The translations under genes and the position numbers were made by a program. Shown piece after piece: positions 46,898-55,319 of a DNA stretch of 64,000 nucleotides (within the stretch, counting starts at the first letter, position 1; each line of letters begins with the position of its first letter). This stretch comes from an uncultured Gemmatimonadaceae bacterium (lineage in GTDB: Bacteria > Gemmatimonadota > Gemmatimonadetes > Gemmatimonadales > Gemmatimonadaceae), in the NCBI GenBank assembly GCA_963716745.1, contig OY970320.1:96001-160000 (forward strand), given 5' to 3'. The notes under the pieces were generated by a model. That model ran no database searches, was not told the DNA's origin, and was given only the letters and a program-made list of their open reading frames with translations.

Positions 46898-46956
46898 TCT
46901 TGCAGTTGTTAGTAAGCGCCCCCACATTCGCCCCGTTCCTCAATCGGAGGCCGTCG

Positions 46957-47376
46957 ATGGGCAAGATCAACGTGGGACGTGTCATAATCGGCGGTCTCGC
47001 CGCCGGGCTCGTGCTCAACATCAGTGAGACCATTCTCAACACGGTGGTCCTCGGCGCGGATCTCGCGTCGCAGCTCGCCAGGATGGGGCTGCCACCCGTC
47101 GGCGGTTCGGCGATCGGCGTGTTCGTCTTCCTCTGCTTCATGCTCGGTATCGTCACCGTATGGTTGTACGCCGCAATCCGCCCGCGGTTCGGCCCCGGCC
47201 CCAAGACGGCGTCGCTCGCGGGCGCCGCGGTGTTCTTCTTCGCGTACCTCTACGGCGCGCTGGGGATGCTCGTCATGGGCTTCTTCTCGTCGCGCGTGTT
47301 GATGATCTCGCTCCCGTGGGGCTTCGTCGAAGTCATGCTCGCGGCCAACGTGGGCGCGTACCTGTACAAGGAATAG
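46957..47376 (+). CDS. Four-TM membrane protein of unknown function
   Basis: GGAGG RBS; INVGRVIIGGLAAG, WLYAAIRPRFGPGPKTA. Confidence 0.8.
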   Translation: MGKINVGRVIIGGLAAGLVLNISETILNTVVLGADLASQLARMGLPPVGGSAIGVFVFLCFMLGIVTVWLYAAIRPRFGPGPKTASLAGAAVFFFAYLYGALGMLVMGFFSSRVLMISLPWGFVEVMLAANVGAYLYKE

Positions 47377-47487
47377 GCCTTTTGGCGTACAGCGCTGCGG
47401 CTGTTTGGGCTCCGCCCCTACGTCCTCGTCGCGCGCTGGTTGCCTGGCTCAGCTGTGTTACGTAGTGTACTGAAGTACCGTCAGATA

Positions 47488-47544
47488 GGTATATATATAC
47501 TTGATAATGGTAGTAATATACCATACCTTAGGTATCCATATACC
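47488..47544 (+). promoter_or_regulatory. Sigma70-like promoter overlapped by three GGTA-N6-TACY operator-like boxes
   Basis: TTGATA (47501-47506) - 17 nt - TACCTT (47524-47529); boxes at 47488, 47509, 47531. Confidence 0.7.
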
Positions 47545-47553
47545 CACAATCAA

Positions 47554-48555
47554 ATGCCTGCTACTGCGAGACCATCGTCGGCGATTCGAACCCCTCTTGA
47601 TACGCTATTTGGCAGCGTAGCGACGGTGCGTGTTGTCCGCGCTCTTGCCCGCGATAGTCTGCCAATAAGTCAAGCAGAGTTGGCGAGGCGCGCGCAGATC
47701 AACTTGCGCGGGCTCTCAAGCATTCTAGTCAAACTTGATCAGGGTGGGTTGCTTGAATTTGTTGGGCGTGGGCGGAGTCGTCAGTTGCGCCTGCGAGACC
47801 GTTCTCCGTTGGCGCCGGCGATCCGACAGCTATTTCAAGCGGAGGCAATTCGTGCGGAGGGCCTGCCGCACCGGCTGACCGAACTTGGAAATGAGTTTGC
47901 GTCCGACGTTCAATCCGTGTGGCTAAGAAGCGGCGGAGCCGAGGGCGTGGGGAGCGGAGACATGTTCATTGAGGTCGGGCTCCTTTGGACAGGAGTACCT
48001 TCGCTTAAGACGCGAGAGAAGGTTCAGCAGCGGCTGAACGACATCCAGTCGCGGTGTGATGTCTTACTCGAGCTTCACTCGTTCACGTCCGCAGACTTGA
48101 AGATTGCTGACACGTCAGAGCTTCTCGCATTCGACAATGCAGAGCCAGTCTTCGGGCCGTCTCCAGCCGACTTGATTCGCTCGTGGAAATCGAATCCCCG
48201 ACAGTCAGAACCTGGCGAGCCGAGAGAAAGGGGGCCGATAGCGCACGAGCTTCACGACCGGAGATCCATGCGCGTTGCCATGGCTATTGCGGAGAAACTG
48301 ACGCGCGATCCGTCGATCGTAGAAAAGGCGCGGAAGTACCTTGACCGTCGCGACGCGATTGCTGGAGATGCGGAGAGAGTGACCCTCAGCGAGTGGCGTG
48401 GGATTCTCGACACGCTGTCAGTTCGCCAGTTGCGAGCGTTCCTCGTGTCGACAAGCGAACGGGCTGCTCGTTTGCGGCAAAGCTCACCGTTTCTCGGCGT
48501 ACTTTCGGCCGACGAGCGTGAAATTATCTATCGGGCGAAGACACCGAGAGCATGA
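47554..48555 (+). CDS. Winged-HTH / degenerate nucleotidyltransferase / antitoxin-like fusion protein
   Basis: LFGS..TVRVV, ISQAELARRAQI (wHTH); VQSVWL middle domain; C-terminal EWRGIL...RLRQSSPFLGVLS; atypical codon usage. Confidence 0.7.
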   Translation: MPATARPSSAIRTPLDTLFGSVATVRVVRALARDSLPISQAELARRAQINLRGLSSILVKLDQGGLLEFVGRGRSRQLRLRDRSPLAPAIRQLFQAEAIRAEGLPHRLTELGNEFASDVQSVWLRSGGAEGVGSGDMFIEVGLLWTGVPSLKTREKVQQRLNDIQSRCDVLLELHSFTSADLKIADTSELLAFDNAEPVFGPSPADLIRSWKSNPRQSEPGEPRERGPIAHELHDRRSMRVAMAIAEKLTRDPSIVEKARKYLDRRDAIAGDAERVTLSEWRGILDTLSVRQLRAFLVSTSERAARLRQSSPFLGVLSADEREIIYRAKTPRA

Positions 48556-49097
48556 CCCGCGACCAACTGGAGCAAGCGGTTAGAGCGGCCTGCGAGATTT
48601 CGGGCGACAACGTCGTGATCGTGTTCGGCTCTCAGGCGATCCTGGGACAATACGAGGATGCGGCACCAACGCTGAGGCAGTCCGTCGAAGTGGATCTGAT
48701 GCCCGATACGCTCCGCGAGAATGTCGACAAGATTGACGGCTCTCTTGGTGAGGATTCGCGCTTTCACCAGACTCACGGTTTTTATGTTCACGGAGTCGAC
48801 ATCGAAACCGCCAAGCTTCCTCCGGACTGGAGGACGCGCGCGATTGAGCTTGTTCCGGCGGGCTCCCCACATCTTAAGGCGCTCTGCATAGAGGCGCACG
48901 ACCTGGCGGCAAGTAAGCTCGCGGCATTTCGAGACAAGGACAAGGAGTTTGTGTCCACGATGCTGACTGAGAGATACGTCAAGACGCAAAAGCTTCACGC
49001 TCGGATTCGATCACTACCAGTCGATGAGCAGCTCCGGTCGAAGCTCACGGGCTGGTTGCGGGAGACAGCGAAGCTTGTGGCACTCTCACGCGAGTAG
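48552..49097 (+). CDS. DUF6036-like nucleotidyltransferase-family protein
   Basis: MTRDQLE, VIVFGSQAILG, SVEVD, LGE.S.FH.THGFY..GV, LP.DW..R, HDLAASKLAAFRDKD; ATGA overlap with upstream gene. Confidence 0.75.
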   Translation: MTRDQLEQAVRAACEISGDNVVIVFGSQAILGQYEDAAPTLRQSVEVDLMPDTLRENVDKIDGSLGEDSRFHQTHGFYVHGVDIETAKLPPDWRTRAIELVPAGSPHLKALCIEAHDLAASKLAAFRDKDKEFVSTMLTERYVKTQKLHARIRSLPVDEQLRSKLTGWLRETAKLVALSRE

Positions 49098-49159
49098 TGG
49101 TGGTGATGATGATCATGATGATCAGGCTTAGGCCGAGCGATGCCTCTTGTGCGCGCAGC

Positions 49160-50923
49160 ATGCGGGCGAGCCGAATCGCTGCCGCTGCATCCTTGTGTCT
49201 AGTCTCACTCGCGGCGCCCGCCGGCGCGCAGCGCGATGGCGACTGGACCATGCCCGCGCGCGACTATGCGTCGACGCGCTTCAGCGAGCTCGCGCAGATC
49301 ACGCCCGCCAACGTCAAGAAACTCCAGAACGTCTGGACCTTCTCCACCGGCGTGCTCGGCGGGCACGAGGGACAGCCGCTCGTCGTGAACAACACGATGT
49401 ATGTGGTCACGCCGTGGCCGAACGTGCTCTATGCGTTCGACCTCACGCAGGAAGGGTATCCGCTCAAATGGAAATACCGGCCGGCGGTGTCACCCAACGC
49501 GATCGGCATCGCGTGCTGCGACGCCGTGAACCGCGGCGCCTTTTACGCGGATCACAAGATCATCTACAACCTGCTCGATGGGCACACCGTGGCCATCGAC
49601 GCGGAGAGCGGCAAGGAGCTCTGGAACACGCAGGTCGCGGATCTCGCGCACGGTGAGACCACGCCCATGGCGCCCTTCGTCGTGGGCGACCGAGTGATCG
49701 TCGGCCCTTCGGGCGGCGAGTTCGGCATCCACGGCTGGCTGAAGGGGCTCGATCTCGCCAGCGGTAAGCTCATGTGGACCGCGTACAACATGGGACCCGA
49801 CAGCATCATGCTCTCCAAGGCCGGCTCCGCCAAATTCTTCTACGACAAGGGCGCCGAACTTGGAACCAGCACGTGGGGTTCCGATTCGTGGATGCACGGC
49901 GGCGCGCCGGTGTGGGGCTGGTTCTCGTTCGATGCGCAGCTCGATCTCGTGTACTACGGCGTTGGCAATCCCGCGCCGTACAATCCGGAGCAGCGGCCCG
50001 GCGACAATAAGTGGACCGCGAGCGTGATCGCGCGCCGCCCCGCCGACGGATCCATCGCGTGGGCCTACCAGTTCACACCGCACGACAGTTGGGACTTCGA
50101 CGCGACCGCCGAGCTCGTGCTCGTGGACCTCGAGATCAACGGCAAGCTCCGCCACACGCTCGTGCAGTTCAACAAGAACGGATTCGCGTACACGCTCGAT
50201 CGCGCGACCGGCGAAGTGCTCGTCGCCCAACCGTTCGTCGAAACGAACTGGGCGAAGCGCATCGATCTTGCGACGGGCCGTCCGGTGCTCGATTCGACGA
50301 AACTCACCGGCGCGAGTCGCGGCAACGTGAAGCACATCTGTCCCACGCTCGAGGGCGGGAAGACGCCGGCGGCGCCGGTGGCGTACTCGCCGCTCACGAA
50401 ACTCTTCTACGTGAGCACGAACAACATGTGCATGGATTACGCGGCCACGCCGGTCACGCACATCGCCGGCACGCCGTACATCGGCGCGAATTCGCCGTAC
50501 TACGCGGGCGCGGGCGGCCACATGGGCGCGTTCATCGCGTGGGATGCGGCCACCGGGAAGAAAGTGTGGGAGATCAAGGAGCGGTATCCGGTGTGGAGCG
50601 GCGTGGTGGCGACGGGCGGCGGCGTGGTGTTCTACGGCACGCTCGATGGTTGGTTCAAAGCGGTGGACGCGCGCAGCGGCGCGGTGCTCTGGAAATTCAA
50701 GGTCGGCTCCGGGATCGTCGGCAATCCGATCACGTACCGCGGCCCCGACGGAAGACAATATGTCGCCGTGTACGCGGGCATCGGCGGCGACTGGTTCCTG
50801 CTCTCGGGCGACGTACGGAGCGACGATCCCGCCGACGTGCGCGACGCGGCGCCGTTCGTGAAGGATCTCGCGCGCCGCACGAGCCAGGGCGGCATCGTGT
50901 ACCTTTTCGCGCTCCAGCCGTGA
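49160..50923 (+). CDS. PQQ-dependent dehydrogenase, methanol/ethanol family (XoxF/ExaF-like)
   Basis: Signal peptide; WTFSTG, vicinal CCDAVNRG, GGEFG, GNPAPY..RPGDNKW, TPHDSWDFD, FYGTLDG, GIVGNPITY. Confidence 0.93.
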   Translation: MRASRIAAAASLCLVSLAAPAGAQRDGDWTMPARDYASTRFSELAQITPANVKKLQNVWTFSTGVLGGHEGQPLVVNNTMYVVTPWPNVLYAFDLTQEGYPLKWKYRPAVSPNAIGIACCDAVNRGAFYADHKIIYNLLDGHTVAIDAESGKELWNTQVADLAHGETTPMAPFVVGDRVIVGPSGGEFGIHGWLKGLDLASGKLMWTAYNMGPDSIMLSKAGSAKFFYDKGAELGTSTWGSDSWMHGGAPVWGWFSFDAQLDLVYYGVGNPAPYNPEQRPGDNKWTASVIARRPADGSIAWAYQFTPHDSWDFDATAELVLVDLEINGKLRHTLVQFNKNGFAYTLDRATGEVLVAQPFVETNWAKRIDLATGRPVLDSTKLTGASRGNVKHICPTLEGGKTPAAPVAYSPLTKLFYVSTNNMCMDYAATPVTHIAGTPYIGANSPYYAGAGGHMGAFIAWDAATGKKVWEIKERYPVWSGVVATGGGVVFYGTLDGWFKAVDARSGAVLWKFKVGSGIVGNPITYRGPDGRQYVAVYAGIGGDWFLLSGDVRSDDPADVRDAAPFVKDLARRTSQGGIVYLFALQP

Positions 50924-51367
50924 AGAACGCCATCGTCGCGATGGCGCTCTCTCGGCGCCGCTGTCGCGTGCGCGAAGAAGGATGCGGCCGCGCCGCATGC
51001 GTCTACCGGCGACGTGCTGCAGACCGACCGCATTTACGCCGGCGGCGTGAAGCCGCCCGACCTGCCGTTCCCGTTCCCGCGCCCGACGTCGACGCCCACC
51101 GCCGCGAGCGGCGCGAAATTGTTCACCGCCATGAACTGCGACGGCTGTCACGGCGGCGGCGCGACGGGCTGGGTGGGGCCGAGCCTCATCGATGGCCGCT
51201 GGCGCTACGGCGGCACCGATGCCGAGGTGTTCGCATCGATCTATTTCGGGCGTCCCAAAGGCATGCCGGCGTTCGGCGGCACGCTCGCACCCGACGCGAT
51301 CTGGGACATTGTCGCGTATCTCCGATCGCTCCCGCCGCCCGAGGACGTACCGACGCAGCGATTCTAG
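50920..51367 (+). CDS. Monoheme cytochrome c lipoprotein (XoxG/cytochrome cL-like partner); frameshift near 50950
   Basis: GTGA overlap with dehydrogenase; repaired N-terminus gives lipobox AVAC; NCDGCHG, GPSL.D..W.YG, GMPAF. Confidence 0.85.
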
Positions 51368-51663
51368 GGCGCGGCCTCGCGCTCCGAGAGATCGATCGCG
51401 CCCAGTTCCCACAGCTCGGCCACGAACGATTTCGCGTCGGCCAGCGCGCGCTCGTCGGTCACGTCGAACTCCACGGTGATCTCGTGCGCGATCGACGCGA
51501 GCGACCGCGTGCCATCGGCCAGCTCCCAGAGCCGCGCGCCCACCGCGTTCACGCGCACCACTTCGCGGTCGCTCACGCGCAGCAGCGCCTCCTCACGATC
51601 GATCGCTTTCCAGCTGACCGATGGTGTGCGCCGCGGGAAGACGTTCGTGGAGCGCTCCGACAT
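51364..51663 (-). CDS. PqqD-family (RiPP recognition element) protein
   Basis: ~99 aa; NAVGARLWELADGTRS...IAHEI..EFDV. Confidence 0.85.
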   Translation of the reverse strand: MSERSTNVFPRRTPSVSWKAIDREEALLRVSDREVVRVNAVGARLWELADGTRSLASIAHEITVEFDVTDERALADAKSFVAELWELGAIDLSEREAAP

Positions 51664-52631
51664 CAGGGCGTGACCGCCATGTCGCCGACCTTCGGCGCAC
51701 CGTTCGTGCCCGGCGTGAGCGTCACCGTCGCGGACGTCTCGTCCACCTCGGTCACCTTCGCCATGCCGATCTTCTCCGTGACCGTCTTGATCACGGCGCC
51801 CGTCGCGGGATCCTTCACCGTGCGCACCGCGCGGCTGATCACCAATTCGTCGCCCACCTTCACGCCGGCCGTGCTGCCCACGTTCAAGATGAGCGTGTTG
51901 CCGCTGACATCGGCCACTATCGCATTGATCTTTACAGCATGCACCGGCAGCGATGCGGCCTTCGTATCCAGCTGCAGGCCCACTTGATTCACCGCCTTGT
52001 GCGTCGCGTCGCCCAGCAGTGAGCTCGTGAAGTCCGAGCCCGTCATGTCGAGCGTGCCGCCGCCCGCCTTGCTGTTCGACGTACCCTGCAGGCTCACGCC
52101 GCCCGAGTGCGAGCTCTCTCCTTTGCCGGTCGCCGCGGCCACGATCTCCTCGTTCGACACGTCGATCATGCGTGCCGTGATCTCCACCACCGCCTTGGAA
52201 TTCGTGCTCGAAACGCCGCCGATCCCGAATCCCTTGACGCTCAGATTGCTCCCGCCGCCCAGCGTGGTCTGATTCGTTTCGGCGCCGAATTGGTTCACGC
52301 TCCCGATGATGATGAAGTCCACGTTCAGCAGCCGCCCGATCTTCGCGGCCGCGTCCGGATCCGTGAGCTGCCCCTGCGTGAGATTCTGCTCGGCGCCAAC
52401 CTTCTCCAGTGCGGCGCGCTCGACGACCGAGTACTTCCCGTCCTCCACGAGCTTCTGGATGAGGAGGTCGGCGATCCCGGTGCCCACATCCTGGTTCGAT
52501 CCGCCCATCGCCTGCACGGCCTGCTGCACGGATGCGTCATTGAACCGGAGCACGGCGACCTTCTTCTTTTGCGCGACGGCCGGCGCGGCCGCAACGAGCA
52601 GCCCGAGCGCGCCGAGGATGTACTTGTGCAT
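51663..52631 (-). CDS. CsgG/HfaB-family exported protein with FlgT-like C-terminal domain
   Basis: Signal peptide; VAVLRF, YSVVERAAL, AAKIGRLL..DFIIIGSV; ILNVGS.AGVKVGD. Confidence 0.85.
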   Translation of the reverse strand: MHKYILGALGLLVAAAPAVAQKKKVAVLRFNDASVQQAVQAMGGSNQDVGTGIADLLIQKLVEDGKYSVVERAALEKVGAEQNLTQGQLTDPDAAAKIGRLLNVDFIIIGSVNQFGAETNQTTLGGGSNLSVKGFGIGGVSSTNSKAVVEITARMIDVSNEEIVAAATGKGESSHSGGVSLQGTSNSKAGGGTLDMTGSDFTSSLLGDATHKAVNQVGLQLDTKAASLPVHAVKINAIVADVSGNTLILNVGSTAGVKVGDELVISRAVRTVKDPATGAVIKTVTEKIGMAKVTEVDETSATVTLTPGTNGAPKVGDMAVTP

Positions 52632-52705
52632 GGCTCTGCCTCACCGAGTGCGGGGATCGACGGTCTAGAAATACGGATGTCGGGCAGGGCCGTCAACTAC
52701 AGAGC

Positions 52706-52780
52706 CAGACGTTAGACCTAGACGCTAGAATGCATCCGTACTTGCTTCCTAGCGTCTAGGTCTAGCGTCTAGGTCTGCAG
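52706..52780. repeat. TCTAG-family palindromic element (copy 3), overlapping the sigma-factor stop codon
   Basis: CAGACGTTAGACCTAGACGCTAGAA ... TCCTAGCGTCTAGGTCTAGCGTCTAGGTCTGCAG. Confidence 0.88.
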
Positions 52781-54029
52781 TTCCCTGAGCCGCCGCTCAA
52801 GGAATCGCCGCTGCGGTTCCTGATATGTGAGCTCGAGCGCCCGCGCGTATGACTGCCGCGCCTGTGCGTTCTCGCCGAGGCGCCGGCAGAGGTCCGCGCG
52901 CGCCGAGTGAGCCGGCTGGTAATCGGCGAGTTCGCCTTTCGCGAACAGATCGTCGATGATGCGCAGACCGGCCAGCGGGCCGTCGCGCATCGCGATCGCG
53001 GCGGCGCGGTTCAGCGCGATCACCGGAGATGGATCGGCGCGCAACAAGAGATCGTACAGCACCACGATGCGCGTCCAATCGGTCTCCTCCGCCTTCGTCG
53101 CGCTCGCATGCACGGCCGCGATGGCCGCCTGCAGGGCGTAGGGTCCCACGGCCCGTGTCGAAAGCGCGAGGTCGGCGAGTCGCGAACCCTCCGCGATCTG
53201 ATCGCGGTCCCACAGCGAGCGATCCTGTTCGGTGAGCAGCACGAGTTCGCCCGAGTCTGTGGCGCGCGCGGCCCGCCGCGATTCCTGGAGCAGCATGAGG
53301 GCCAGAAGACCTTGGGCCTCGGGCTCGGGCAGGAGCTCCACGAGTAGCGTGCCCAGGCGGATCGCCTCGCGCGAGAGATCGTGCCGCGTGAGCGAGGGCC
53401 CCGAATGTCGCCGCGTAGCCCTCGTTGTACACGAGATAGATGACGTGCAGCACGCTCTCGAGCCGTTCGGGGAGGTCAGCTCGCGCCGGGATCTGATAGG
53501 GGATGTGCGCATCGCGGATCTTGCTCTTCGCGCGCACAATGCGCTGGGCCAGCGTGGGCGCGCCGGTCAGGAACGCGTGCGCGATCTCTTCCGTCGTGAG
53601 GCCGCAGACTTCGCGCAACGTGAGCGCGATCTGCGCGTCGGGTGCGAGCGCGGGATGGCAGCAGGTGAAGATGAGCCGCAGGCGGTCGTCGGCGACATCA
53701 TCATCATCGCCGGCGGCGTTGTTCGCGCCGGCATCCAATGCCAGGCGCGCGGCGATCTCGTCGGCGCGCTCGTCGAAGCGCGCGCGGCGCCGCAGCGCGT
53801 CGATCGCCTTGTGGCGTCCGGTGGACACCAGCCATGCGCGGGGGTTCGCCGGTGTTCCCGTGCGTGGCCACTGCTCGATCGCCGCGCTGAACGCATCGTG
53901 CATGGCCTCCTCGGCGGCATCGAAGTCGCCGAGGAGGCGGATGAGCGTCGCGAGCACCCGCCGCGAATCGGAGCGGTAGATCGCCTCGACCGCGTGGTGG
54001 TGCGTCGCGTCCGCGTCATCCGTCAGCAC
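52769..54029 (-). CDS. ECF sigma factor with TPR-like C-terminal extension (ECF42-like); frameshift near 53403
   Basis: DFDAAEEA, PANPRAWL, DDRLRLIFTCCHP, LAQRIVRAK; QDRSLWD, GPYALQAAIAAVH; downstream of DGPF gene. Confidence 0.9.
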
Positions 54030-54030
54030 G

Positions 54031-54387
54031 TTACGTCCTCGTGATCTGCCGGATCGGGCGCACCTCGATGCTCCCCGTGCGTGCGGACGGGATCCGGCCA
54101 GCCAACTGGATCGCCTCGTTCAGATCGCGCGCCTCGATCATGTAGAAGCCGCCGAGCTGCTCCTTCGTCTCGGCGAACGGCCCATCCGTCGTGGAGGCCT
54201 TGCCGTTCTTGACGCGCACCGTGGTGGCGGTCTGCACCGGCTCGAGCGCCTCACCCGCGATGTAGTTGCCGCTCTTCTTGATCGCTTCGGTGAAGGCATG
54301 GTAGTCGCCCATGAACGCTTCGCCATCGCTCTTGGTCATCGTGCCCATCTTCTTCTCTTCGTCGTAGATCAGGCAGAGATACTTCAT
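54031..54387 (-). CDS. YciI/DGPF-family protein
   Basis: MKYLCLIY, TDGPFAETKEQLGGFY, IEVRP. Confidence 0.95.
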   Translation of the reverse strand: MKYLCLIYDEEKKMGTMTKSDGEAFMGDYHAFTEAIKKSGNYIAGEALEPVQTATTVRVKNGKASTTDGPFAETKEQLGGFYMIEARDLNEAIQLAGRIPSARTGSIEVRPIRQITRT

Positions 54388-54431
54388 AGCTCCCTCCGGA
54401 TGGTTCGTTCAACAACTGTGGACGGGAGATG

Positions 54432-54458
54432 GTCGATTTGAAGGGCATGAAATCGACA
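54432..54458 (-). promoter_or_regulatory. ECF42-type promoter
   Basis: Minus strand TGTCGA - 17 nt - CGAC, ~45 nt upstream of the DGPF gene. Confidence 0.7.
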
Positions 54459-54471
54459 TCGGCGTCGATAC

Positions 54472-54552
54472 TGCAGACCTAGACGCTAGACCTAGACGCT
54501 AGAATACGGGTGTAGAGTATTCTAGCGTCTAGGTCTAGCGTCTAGGTCTGCA
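54472..54552. repeat. TCTAG-family palindromic element (copy 4), perfect 36-bp stem, 9-nt loop
   Basis: TGCAGACCTAGACGCTAGACCTAGACGCTAGAATAC (54472-54507) is the exact reverse complement of 54517-54552. Confidence 0.95.
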
Positions 54553-54571
54553 CTACCGACTGGATGCAGAA

Positions 54572-54598
54572 CGGGCCCGGCAGAATCTGCCGGGCCCG
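54572..54598 (-). terminator. Hairpin downstream of pilin gene
   Basis: CGGGCCCGGCAG-aat-CTGCCGGGCCCG. Confidence 0.65.
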
Positions 54599-54631
54599 CT
54601 AAGTATTACTGAAGCTACAGCAGCTTCGGAA

Positions 54632-55010
54632 CTACTGGCACTTGATCACGCCATCGCCGACGCCGGCGATCGAGTCCGAACCGAAACCGACTTCACACGT
54701 GATCGCGGTCGCCGGGTGCGACGTGTTCGCCGCCCAACCCGTGCCCTTCGCATCCGTCACGGTCGCGATCACAGCCTGCGACGCCGTGAAGTTCATGTTC
54801 GCGAGCACCGTGGTGTACGTCTGGTTGTCCGCGAAGTACGCTCTCCTGCGCGGTCGCCATGTTACGAAGGTCGGACTTCATCGACGCGACGTAGGCCTTC
54901 TCCTTCGTGTTGGCGAACTTCGGAATCGCGATCGCGGCCAGAATGCCGATGATGACCACGACGATCAGAAGCTCGATCAGCGTAAAGCCCTTCTTGGCGG
55001 TGGAGCGCAT
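54632..55010 (-). CDS. pilA: Type IV major pilin; frameshift near 54843
   Basis: Prepilin site KKG/FTLIELLIVVVIIGILAAIAIP; repaired frame continues QE.YFADNQTY...C...VIKCQ. Confidence 0.85.
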
Positions 55011-55089
55011 GGTGACTTTCTCCTGAGAGGTAGTGAACCGCGACGAGCGCGGCAGTGAGTTCCAACGGAACGCGTTGGCCTTACATATG

Positions 55090-55104
55090 GCAGGAAGGAG
55101 GCCA
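55090..55104 (-). promoter_or_regulatory. Putative sigma54 (-24/-12) promoter of pilin
   Basis: Minus strand TGGCCTCCTTCCTGC (GG-N10-GC); upstream inverted repeat CATTTTG/CAAAATG at 55206-55225. Confidence 0.6.
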
Positions 55105-55319
55105 GCGCTCCGTGGATCGCCTAAGTCCTTTACGGGAAGGCACTTCGCCGCGTTGCCGTCGCGCGGGCCAGTGTGTTCGCATATGGCATGCCGCCATTCG
55201 TCGGGCATTTTGCGATTCCAAAATGTGACCAGAATCGGCCTGGGCGTGATAGTTGACATCATTCCAACGCTCCAGGAGCTATTCGCCGCAATTCTTGGTG
55301 ATAGAGGGCGGGCGCGTTC

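Noticed and set aside
49098..49125. His-rich antisense frame (DHHDHHHHH) or ORF-track extension MVVMMIMMI
   Set aside because: Short (TGA/TGG)n low-complexity patch at the cassette edge; no credible start, and it overlaps real genes antisense; dehydrogenase start placed at 49160
54472..54552. TCTAG repeats as a CRISPR array
   Set aside because: Units are 6-7 nt, contiguous and inverted; no unique spacers and no cas genes
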